Source of the DNA: Lachnospiraceae bacterium | GTDB taxonomy: Bacteria; Bacillota; Clostridia; Lachnospirales; Lachnospiraceae | Direction: 5' to 3' | DNA length: 29,941 nucleotides | Assembly: GCA_017412265.1 (NCBI GenBank) | Contig: JAFPYK010000211.1 | Span: 1-29,941 of the forward strand | Shown here: in pieces, positions 1 to 7,367 of the stretch | Layout of the letters: each line of letters begins with the position of its first letter | Position numbering within the stretch: position 1 is the stretch's first letter | Translations under genes and position numbers: made by a program | Notes under the pieces: model-generated | What the model was told of the DNA's origin: nothing | Databases searched by the model: none | The model's input: the letters and a program-made list of their open reading frames with translations, nothing else

Positions 1-1068
1 ACCGAAGATGTAGGTGCCCAGGATGACCTGCTTGACCGTGCGCCCGCGGCTGATGCTTCCCATGAAGAACGGAGAAGCCACCGCCCAGACCATCCAGTAG
101 GCCCAGAAGAAGATCGTCCAGTTCTGCGGGAAATTATTCGTGCGCAGGGCGTCCGTCCAGGTCGAGAGCCCGATGAAGTTCTGCAGCATATTGCCCAATG
201 CGGAGAAGCCGGTCTCGAGGATATATCTCGCCTCATTGCCGAAGATCAGCACGTAGACTAAGAGCGCCCCGAACAGGTACATGCACGCGTTGGCAAGCCA
301 GGATACACCCTTGATGCCTCGCATGACCGCGATCGTGTAGACCAGGCAGGTCACAACCAGAATGCCGATGGTGATAAACTTCGAGCCGTGAACGCCGAAG
401 AGTGTCGAGAGCGCTTCGCCAAGCAGAGGCGTCGCCACCGAGAAGGTCGTCGCGGTTCCCGCGATCAGCGCGAACACGGCCAGGACGTCGATGATCTTGC
501 CGGGCAGTTTATCCGTCTTATTCCCGAGGATCGGCCGGCAGGCCTCGGAGTACTTCTGCTTGTGAACGCCGCGCACGTGCAGCATGAAGCCGAAGCAGGC
601 CGCCAGCGTCGCGTAGAAGCTCCACGGGATCGGGCCCCAGTGAAAGAGCGGATAGGTCGACGCCCAGTCCTGGAACGAACCCATATCCGCCACGTGCGGC
701 TCCAGCATATACGAGATCCACTCGCACATCGAATAGAACAGGATGTCCGCCGCCAGGCCGCAGGTGAATACCATCGCGCCCCAGGTCCAGAAATTATACT
801 GCGGCTTCTCGTCCGGTCCGCCCAGGCGGATCTGGCCGATGTCCGAAAATGAAATCCACAGCGAGACCACCAGGACACCCAGGCCGATCACCAGGTAATA
901 CATGCCGAAGGTATCCCCCAGGAAGTCGCGGATCGCGGTCAGCGCGTTCGTCGACCCCTCCGGGTTGATCACAAAGAACAGGCAGAAGACCAGGATCACC
1001 GCAAACGGGATGATCGTCGTTGCCGGATCCAGCCTCCGCAGGCTCTTCTTCTCACTCTGCTTATCCAT
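1..1068 (-). CDS. BCCT-family transporter, probably choline-specific (BetT-like); 3' end lies beyond the window
   Basis: Missing from the ORF track because it has no stop in the window. Manual translation from the ATG at 1068 gives MDKQSEKKSLRRLDPATTIIPFAVILVFCLFFVINP, WGAMVFTCGLAADILFYSMCEW and NFPQNWTIFFWAYWMVWAVASPFFMGSISRGRTVKQVILGTYIFG, which carries the BCCT signature. A GGAGG RBS overlaps the end of the upstream licC. Confidence 0.92.
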   Translation of the reverse strand, partial: MDKQSEKKSLRRLDPATTIIPFAVILVFCLFFVINPEGSTNALTAIRDFLGDTFGMYYLVIGLGVLVVSLWISFSDIGQIRLGGPDEKPQYNFWTWGAMVFTCGLAADILFYSMCEWISYMLEPHVADMGSFQDWASTYPLFHWGPIPWSFYATLAACFGFMLHVRGVHKQKYSEACRPILGNKTDKLPGKIIDVLAVFALIAGTATTFSVATPLLGEALSTLFGVHGSKFITIGILVVTCLVYTIAVMRGIKGVSWLANACMYLFGALLVYVLIFGNEARYILETGFSALGNMLQNFIGLSTWTDALRTNNFPQNWTIFFWAYWMVWAVASPFFMGSISRGRTVKQVILGTYIFG

Positions 1069-1069
1069 C

Positions 1070-1795
1070 TCAATTAACCTCCTTTACTGCTGCCGCATAG
1101 CTCTCATCCAGAGCCGCAAGCTCCGCCAGGCTGTCCACCTCGATGATGTCCCCCGCCTGCATCGGTGTAACCCCCAGCCGGTAGTTCTCCGGGTGGCAGA
1201 ACATCGCCACGTCGTCCCAGTAGATCTGCCGGTTTTTCCTCTCTTCAAACTCCAGCTCCAAGTCCTTCCGGAGCTGCCTTCCGTCTTCTGCGCTCCACCG
1301 GCTGATCGAATACAGCTGCCAGCCGTGCGCCCCGCCGGTGCGCGAACAGGAGGTCACGATCCCCTCCTCGTCCGTCTGCATCAGCCATTCATCGGTCTCC
1401 GCGTCGATCCAGACCCCGTTGTAGCCGGACCGCTCTGCCTCCGCCTTCAGGATCTCCGGCCGATAGATGATCTGGTCTCCGTCCAGGATCATCACATCCT
1501 CCAGATGCTCTCTCGCCACATAAAGCGACGAGATATTGTTGCAGGTATCGTAGTACGGATTCTCGATCAGCTGCACGCCCGGATACTCCGCCGGCAGCCC
1601 CGCGAATTTCTCCTTCAGATACCCGACCACGATATAGATCTCCGTGATCCCGTTGGCATGCAGCCCCTCGATCACGGTATCAATCATGCGCCGACCGTTC
1701 ACCGGAACCAGCGGCTTCGGGACCGTGAGCGTGAGCGGACGCATCCGCTGCCCGACGCCGGCTGCCATGATAATCGCTTTATTTACTCGAAACAA
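1070..1795 (-). CDS. licC: LicC-like choline-phosphate cytidylyltransferase (241 aa, TTG start)
   Basis: AIIMAAGVGQRMRPLT..PKPLV, NNISSLY, ILDGD, YWDDV and EVDS motifs. Lies between a choline kinase fusion and a BCCT transporter. Confidence 0.85.
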   Translation of the reverse strand: MFRVNKAIIMAAGVGQRMRPLTLTVPKPLVPVNGRRMIDTVIEGLHANGITEIYIVVGYLKEKFAGLPAEYPGVQLIENPYYDTCNNISSLYVAREHLEDVMILDGDQIIYRPEILKAEAERSGYNGVWIDAETDEWLMQTDEEGIVTSCSRTGGAHGWQLYSISRWSAEDGRQLRKDLELEFEERKNRQIYWDDVAMFCHPENYRLGVTPMQAGDIIEVDSLAELAALDESYAAAVKEVN

Positions 1796-3551
1796 CGTCC
1801 TTCATCTCCTCTGTCGCATAGCGGTAATAATCCTTCGCGAACCGGTACTGCCGCAGCGAATACTCGCCGAATTCCACGCCGAGGCTCCGCTTGTACTCGC
1901 ACCAGTTGCTCCACAGAAGTCCGCAGGCCGCCACATAACAATAGATCTTGATGCGCGTCTCCTTCGGGCAGTCCCCTTCAAAATACAGGTCGATCAGCCG
2001 GTCGATCTGCCATTTGTCATACAGGCTGTAGATCGAGAACATCGCCAGGTCCACATGCGGGTCCTGCATGCCCGAGTACTCCCAGTCCGTCAGCTGGAGC
2101 TCCTCCTCCCCGTCTGCCCCCTTGCAGAAGAGGAAATTATCCGGCACCGCGTCGATGTGCGTCAGCACACGCTCCTGCACATGCCAGTCAATGTAGCTCT
2201 TGAGAGAGAGGACCTGCTCCTTCGTCTTCTCGTAATCCCGGTACACCGAAGGCGCCCCTTTCCAGAGCGACTCATAGAATTCGATCTGTCCGAAGATGTC
2301 AAATGAATGGTCCACCGTGAGCTTCATCTCGTGGAACTCGCGCAGCTTGTCCATGCATCTCTTCAGGTCCGGCACACTGTCCGGATCCGCCACCCGGATT
2401 CCCTCCAGGTACTTCGTGATCTTGAATCCGTTCTCTGGATTGATATAGACCACGTCGTCGCAGAGCCCGTGCCCGGCGATCGTCTGATAGACCTTCGCCT
2501 CGTGGTGACGGTCGATCAGCTGGTCCGTGCCCTCGCCCGGGATCCGCATGATGAATTTCTCGCCGCGGACCGAGAAGAGGAAGGACCGGTTCGTCATGCC
2601 CTTCTTGAGCACCTGAATGCCCGTGATCTCCTCATGCCTGCAGCCGAAGACGCCGCAGATGACGTCCAGTGCGTCCGACTGCAGATGGTTCGAATCCGCG
2701 TCCAGCTCCCGCAGCTGCTCGTACGTATTGATCTCGACGATCTCATCCCCGGGCGCGATCCGCGCGCAGACGGTCATCCGGCCGTCCTCGAAGAGCGCCT
2801 TCTCCCAGAACGCGTCGTCATTCTTCGGATCCGCGCACAGAAGCGAGATCCGCTCCCGCAGCAGGCCCGCCTCCGGGCCCGTCAGGTAAGCGATTCCGAT
2901 CATACGGCTCCCGGTCTCGCCCGCGTCCGTGTGGACCAGCTCCCCCTTGCGGTTGATGCGCACTTCGCTCTCCGCGTCCGGCTGGTCGCTCACCATGTAC
3001 CAGGAATACAGCTCCCTCTCCGCAAACGGATTCTTCTCGCACCACAGATCCGCCGGAAGGATGTAGGTATTCGAGATCAGCCGGACCGCCAGGTCCAGGC
3101 TCTTTATATTATTTCTTGTCGCATATTCTTCGTTATAGATCAGCTGAACACCGAATTCATCGATCAGGTACTCAAACGCATCCTTCATGTAGCCGACCAC
3201 CACGGTGATATCCCGGATGTTGACTTCATGCAGCTGCCGGATCAGCCGGTCGATCAGCCGCTCCCCGTGCACCTCCAGAAGCCCCTTCGGCGTGTTCAGA
3301 TTGATCGGGACCATCCGCATGCCGAATCCCGCCGCAAGAATGATCGCATTCTTCGGCCGGTGCGCGGTCATCTCCTCCGCGGCCTTCCTCGTCAGCCGGA
3401 TCCCGTCATCTACAAACCCCGCATCCATCAGGCTGCGCAGCGAACGGTTGATCATCCCCAGCGAACAGCCGCAGCGCTCCGAGAGCACACGCTGATTCAC
3501 ATAAGGCTCCGCTGCCAGCGAAAGGAGAACATCTTTTTCTTGCTTGTTCAT
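1779..3551 (-). CDS. Three-domain fusion: winged HTH + LicC-like nucleotidyltransferase + LicA-like choline/ethanolamine kinase (590 aa)
   Basis: N-terminus NQRVLSERCGCSLGMINRSLRSLMDAGFV (wHTH); AIILAAGFGMRM..PKGLL (NTase); KKGMTNRSF, MRIPGEGT, THIDAVPDNFL, DWEYSGM (choline kinase-like). Start moved from 3581 to the ATG at 3551 because of the GAGAGG RBS and because 3581 lies only about 10 nt downstream of the -10 box, leaving no room for an RBS. Confidence 0.9.
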   Translation of the reverse strand: MNKQEKDVLLSLAAEPYVNQRVLSERCGCSLGMINRSLRSLMDAGFVDDGIRLTRKAAEEMTAHRPKNAIILAAGFGMRMVPINLNTPKGLLEVHGERLIDRLIRQLHEVNIRDITVVVGYMKDAFEYLIDEFGVQLIYNEEYATRNNIKSLDLAVRLISNTYILPADLWCEKNPFAERELYSWYMVSDQPDAESEVRINRKGELVHTDAGETGSRMIGIAYLTGPEAGLLRERISLLCADPKNDDAFWEKALFEDGRMTVCARIAPGDEIVEINTYEQLRELDADSNHLQSDALDVICGVFGCRHEEITGIQVLKKGMTNRSFLFSVRGEKFIMRIPGEGTDQLIDRHHEAKVYQTIAGHGLCDDVVYINPENGFKITKYLEGIRVADPDSVPDLKRCMDKLREFHEMKLTVDHSFDIFGQIEFYESLWKGAPSVYRDYEKTKEQVLSLKSYIDWHVQERVLTHIDAVPDNFLFCKGADGEEELQLTDWEYSGMQDPHVDLAMFSIYSLYDKWQIDRLIDLYFEGDCPKETRIKIYCYVAACGLLWSNWCEYKRSLGVEFGEYSLRQYRFAKDYYRYATEEMKDVVSSK

Positions 3552-3557
3552 GAACAA
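3544..3557. promoter_or_regulatory. Perfect 14-bp palindrome TTGTTCATGAACAA over the start codon of the wHTH fusion; candidate operator
   Basis: The palindrome is read directly from the sequence, with an extra TGAACA half-site at 3575-3580. Operator function is inference. Confidence 0.4.
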
Positions 3558-3591
3558 TGACCTCTCAATATTTGTGAACATCTACAGCCAC

Positions 3592-3620
3592 ATCATAATG
3601 CTCCCCGCCGGACTTGTCAA
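3592..3620 (-). promoter_or_regulatory. Sigma70/SigA promoter of the choline operon
   Basis: Minus strand TTGACA (3620-3615), 17-nt spacer, TATGAT (3597-3592). Confidence 0.8.
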
Positions 3621-3783
3621 GCCTCTCGCCCGCCCACGCCCCATTTCCTCAGAAATTCTTCAGAATCTCATGCCGGACGGCCCCCTCTGGCCCTTCACAC
3701 TCTCCCGCTTGCGCATTTTCCCGACGATCTCGGACCGATCCGCGGCAAAATGTTGCTGATTTCAACTATACGTAGAAGAAGCA

Positions 3784-3812
3784 TTGACATCATTTTGTGA
3801 ATATGTTATATT
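3784..3812 (+). promoter_or_regulatory. Sigma70/SigA promoter with extended -10, driving the ugd cassette
   Basis: TTGACA (3784-3789), 17-nt spacer, TG-n-TATATT (-10 at 3807-3812). Confidence 0.8.
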
Positions 3813-3885
3813 TTCCAGCAGACAACCGCAGAATGTGTTGTCTTCAGCAACAGATTATTACTCTCAGACGAGAAAGGAATATAAG

Positions 3886-5388
3886 ATGAAACGTTTGGAC
3901 CGTACCGATATGATCCGGCAGATCGTCTCCCGCCGCAAAGCGCTGCATCTCACCCAGACAGAGCTCGCGCAGCGCACCGGGATGAACCGTTCTGTCCTGT
4001 CCAACCTGGAAAATGGTATCTATATGCCCAGCATCGAACAGCTGGAATTGATCGCAGAGGAATTATCGATCGATATCACCTCTCTTTATAAGGAAGATTC
4101 CCCCGCGAAGGCGGAGGTTCCCGGAACTTTTCAGATCGCCGTCGCCGGTGTCGGATACGTCGGCCTCTCCCTGGCCGTCCTGTTATCCCAGCACCACCGC
4201 GTGACCGCCGTGGACATCGTCCCCGATAAGGTCGACAAGGTCAACCGCCTTCAGTCCCCGATCCGCGACGAATACATCGAGCGCTTCTTCTCGGAAGCCT
4301 CCTTGGGCGAGCGCGAGCTGGACCTGAAGGCCGTCACCGACGGCAGCCCGGCTTACCTGGCCGCGGACTTCATCATCATCGCCGCGCCGACCAACTACGA
4401 TGCCAAGCTGAATTTCTTTGACTGCTCCGCGGTCCGCTCCGTGCTGGACCAGGTGCAGGCCGCCTGCGCGTCCCGCCAGGATTCCCCGGTCGTGGTCATC
4501 AAGTCCACGGTGCCCGTCGGCTTCACCGCCCAGGTGCGCAGGGAATACCCCGGCCTCAAGATCATCTTCAGCCCGGAGTTCCTCCGCGAATCCAAGGCCT
4601 TATACGACAATCTGTATCCGAGCCGCATCATCGTGGGATGCGACGAAGACACCCGGGAGGATGCCCGGATCTTCGCCTCCCTCCTGCAGCAGGGCGCCTG
4701 GAAGAACCCCGTGGAAACCCTCTTCATGGGCACGACCGAGGCAGAGGCGACGAAGCTCTTCGTCAACACCTACCTCGCGCTGCGCGTATCCTTCTTCAAT
4801 GAGCTCGACACCTACGCAGAGGTGAAGTCGCTGAACTCCGCCTCCATCATCAAGGGTGTCTGCACCGACCCCCGCGTCGGCGACTTCTACAACAACCCGT
4901 CCTTCGGCTACGGCGGCTACTGCCTGCCGAAAGACACGAAGCAGCTTCTCGCCAACTATCAGGACGTTCCCGAGAACCTGATCCAGGCCATCGTGGAATC
5001 GAACCGGACCCGAAAGTCCTTCATCGCAGACCGCGTCCTGGAGATCGCAGGTGTCTACGGCAGCAACGATTCCTACTCCCCGGCGCGCGAGCAGCAGCAG
5101 AGAGACATCGTCGTCGGCGTGTACCGGCTGACGATGAAGTCCGACTCGGACAACTTCCGCCAGTCCTCGATCCAGGGCGTCATGAAGAGAATCAAGGCCA
5201 AAGGCGCCACGGTCATCATCTATGAGCCCACCCTGGAAGACGGCTCCACGTTCTTCGGCAGCAAAGTCGTCAACGACCTGGAGACCTTCAAGAAAGCCTG
5301 CGGCTGCATCCTCGCCAACCGCTACGACCCCGCGCTCGACGACGTCGCCGACCGCGTCTACACCCGTGACCTGTTCCGCAGAGACTGA
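3886..5388 (+). CDS. ugd: XRE/Cro-type HTH fused to UDP-glucose 6-dehydrogenase (500 aa)
   Basis: [29 protein letters not shown] (XRE HTH), then [48 protein letters not shown] (catalytic Cys) and YTRDLF. Start moved to the ATG at 3886 (AAAGGA RBS); the ORF-track start at 3784 is the -35 box. Confidence 0.93.
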   Translation: MKRLDRTDMIRQIVSRRKALHLTQTELAQRTGMNRSVLSNLENGIYMPSIEQLELIAEELSIDITSLYKEDSPAKAEVPGTFQIAVAGVGYVGLSLAVLLSQHHRVTAVDIVPDKVDKVNRLQSPIRDEYIERFFSEASLGERELDLKAVTDGSPAYLAADFIIIAAPTNYDAKLNFFDCSAVRSVLDQVQAACASRQDSPVVVIKSTVPVGFTAQVRREYPGLKIIFSPEFLRESKALYDNLYPSRIIVGCDEDTREDARIFASLLQQGAWKNPVETLFMGTTEAEATKLFVNTYLALRVSFFNELDTYAEVKSLNSASIIKGVCTDPRVGDFYNNPSFGYGGYCLPKDTKQLLANYQDVPENLIQAIVESNRTRKSFIADRVLEIAGVYGSNDSYSPAREQQQRDIVVGVYRLTMKSDSDNFRQSSIQGVMKRIKAKGATVIIYEPTLEDGSTFFGSKVVNDLETFKKACGCILANRYDPALDDVADRVYTRDLFRRD

Positions 5389-5422
5389 TGAACGATCCGT
5401 CAGGAAGGAGAATTTTACCAAT

Positions 5423-6601
5423 ATGAGCAAGAAATGCGAAGAACGCTTTTATGAGATCTATCAGAGAGACGCAGAAGGCGTCTCCTTCTGCCCCTACCGT
5501 ATCTGCCCGATCGGTGCCCACTCGGACCACAACCTCGGCAAGATCACCGGCCTCGCGATCAACAAGGGCATCCATATCGCCTACCGCCCGAAGAAGAACG
5601 GCGTCATCGAGATGGCTTCCCTCCAGTTCCCGAAGCGAGCCCAGTGGCACATCCATTCCGTGCCGAAATTCAAGGAAAATGACTGGGCCGACTACCTGCG
5701 CGGCGCGACGTGGGCTCTCGAGAAGCACCACACCCTGAACGTCGGCCTCTGCGGCGTCATCGAGGGTTCCCTCCCGATCGGAGGCCTCTCCTCCAGCGCG
5801 GCCGTCATCCTGGCCTTCCTCTCCGCTCTCTGCAAGGTGAACGGAATTCATTTAACCGCGCAGCAGATGATCGACACCGCGTTCGACGCGGAGAAGAACT
5901 ACGTCGGCGTCTCCGTCGGCACCCTGGACCAGAGCTGCGAGGTGTTAGGCAAGAAGGACCATCTCCTCTACCTCGACACCAGGGACAACTCCTACGAGCT
6001 GATTCCCACCAGCCCGGTGATGAAGCCCTACAAGATCGCGATCTTCTTCAGCGGCCTGGAGCACAGCCTCGCCGGATCCAAGTACAATATGCGTGTCGAC
6101 GAGCTCCGCTCCGGCGTCTACGCGCTGCAGGCCTATGCCGGTCTCCCTTATGGGAAGTTCAACGAAGCCAACGCGAGAAATGTCCCGCGCGAGATCTATG
6201 ACGCCTACAAGGACCGCCTGCCGATCCCGTGGGCGAAGCGCTGCGAGCACTGGTATACGGAGTTTGAGCGCGTGGAGAAGGGCGCCGAAGCCTGGCGCCG
6301 CGGCGACATCGAGGAATACGGCCGCCTCTCCTTCGAGTCCGGCTGGAGCAGCATCCACAACTGGGAATCCGGCGCTCCGGAGCAGATCCGTCTCTACGAG
6401 ATCATGCGCGAGACCAAGGGCATCTACGGCGGGCGCTTCAGCGGAGCCGGCTTCAAGGGCTGCTGCATGGCCCTGATCGATCCCGCCTACGTGGAGAGCA
6501 TCGAAGAATCTGTCACAAGCAAATACCTGGGATCTTTCCCGGAACTCACCGGCAAATACTCCTTCCACCTGTGCGAGAGCGCCAACGGAACCGAACGTTA
6601 A
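5423..6601 (+). CDS. GHMP-family anomeric sugar kinase, galacturonokinase-like (392 aa)
   Basis: PYRICPIGAHSDH, GLSSSAAV, GTLDQS, FSGL, YNMRV, KRCEH and YGGRFSGAGFKGCCMA. Start set at the ATG at 5423 after an AAGGAG RBS. The family is certain; the substrate is inferred. Confidence 0.85.
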   Translation: MSKKCEERFYEIYQRDAEGVSFCPYRICPIGAHSDHNLGKITGLAINKGIHIAYRPKKNGVIEMASLQFPKRAQWHIHSVPKFKENDWADYLRGATWALEKHHTLNVGLCGVIEGSLPIGGLSSSAAVILAFLSALCKVNGIHLTAQQMIDTAFDAEKNYVGVSVGTLDQSCEVLGKKDHLLYLDTRDNSYELIPTSPVMKPYKIAIFFSGLEHSLAGSKYNMRVDELRSGVYALQAYAGLPYGKFNEANARNVPREIYDAYKDRLPIPWAKRCEHWYTEFERVEKGAEAWRRGDIEEYGRLSFESGWSSIHNWESGAPEQIRLYEIMRETKGIYGGRFSGAGFKGCCMALIDPAYVESIEESVTSKYLGSFPELTGKYSFHLCESANGTER

Positions 6602-6620
6602 GTTCAGAAAGGACTCACAT

Positions 6621-7358
6621 ATGAAATGCATTGTTTTAGCGGCAGGCTATGCCACGCGTCTGTATCCTCTGACCGAGAACTTTCCGAAGCCCCTTCTGAA
6701 GGTCGGCGACAAAACCATCCTGGACTGGCTGCTCTGCGACATTGACCGCTCCGGCCTGATCGACGAATACATCGTCATCTCCAACCACCGGTTTGCCGGC
6801 CATTTTCAGGCATGGGCAGAGAATCACACGCTTCCTCTTCGCATCATCGACGACGGGACCTCTTCCAACGAGACGCGTCTGGGCGCGGTCCGTGATATCC
6901 AGTTCGCTCTGGATGAGACCGGCATCAGCGACGACCTCCTGATCGTCGCCGGCGACAACCTCCTGGACTTTTCCCTGGTCTCCTTCCTGCAGTATGCGCA
7001 GGCGAAGCAGACCTCCTGCACGATGCGCTACTACGAGGCAGATGAAAAACGCCTGAGCAAGAGCGGCGTCGCCGAGATCTCGGACGATGAGCGGATCTTG
7101 TCCTTTGAGGAGAAGCCGGCCGTCCCCAGGTCCCACTGGTGCACGCCTCCCTTCTACATCTACCGCAAGGAAGACGCGGCCCGCATCAAGGACGCCCTGC
7201 AGGACGGATGCGGCACCGACGCTCCCGGCAGCCTGATCTCCTGGATGTGCCGGCACACCGTCATGCACAGCATGCAGATGCCCGGCAGCCGCTATGACAT
7301 CGGCGACCTGAAGAGCTACGAGAACGCACAGAAGAATTATCACGGATTACAGAAGTGA
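6621..7358 (+). CDS. Sugar-1-phosphate nucleotidyltransferase (NTP_transferase family, 245 aa)
   Basis: MKCIVLAAGYATRLYPLTENFPKPLL, AGDN, FEEKP, DIG motifs; AAGGA RBS. Confidence 0.9.
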   Translation: MKCIVLAAGYATRLYPLTENFPKPLLKVGDKTILDWLLCDIDRSGLIDEYIVISNHRFAGHFQAWAENHTLPLRIIDDGTSSNETRLGAVRDIQFALDETGISDDLLIVAGDNLLDFSLVSFLQYAQAKQTSCTMRYYEADEKRLSKSGVAEISDDERILSFEEKPAVPRSHWCTPPFYIYRKEDAARIKDALQDGCGTDAPGSLISWMCRHTVMHSMQMPGSRYDIGDLKSYENAQKNYHGLQK

Positions 7359-7367
7359 GGTAAAGCG

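Noticed and set aside
388-3560. Plus-strand ORFs 388..852, 902..1951, 1644..2306 and 2307..3560
   Set aside because: Antisense shadows of the BCCT and lic genes with no recognisable domains.
3751-3852. 9-bp inverted repeat TGTTGCTGA / TCAGCAACA flanking the ugd promoter, suggestive of an invertible promoter
   Set aside because: The arms are short enough to arise by chance in a 330-bp gap, the match does not extend cleanly, and no recombinase is present in the window. Read mapping could still test for inversion.
5423-6601. Ordinary Leloir galK
   Set aside because: The GalK signature GRVNLIGEHTDY is replaced, there is no galT or galM, and the neighbours are uronic-acid enzymes.
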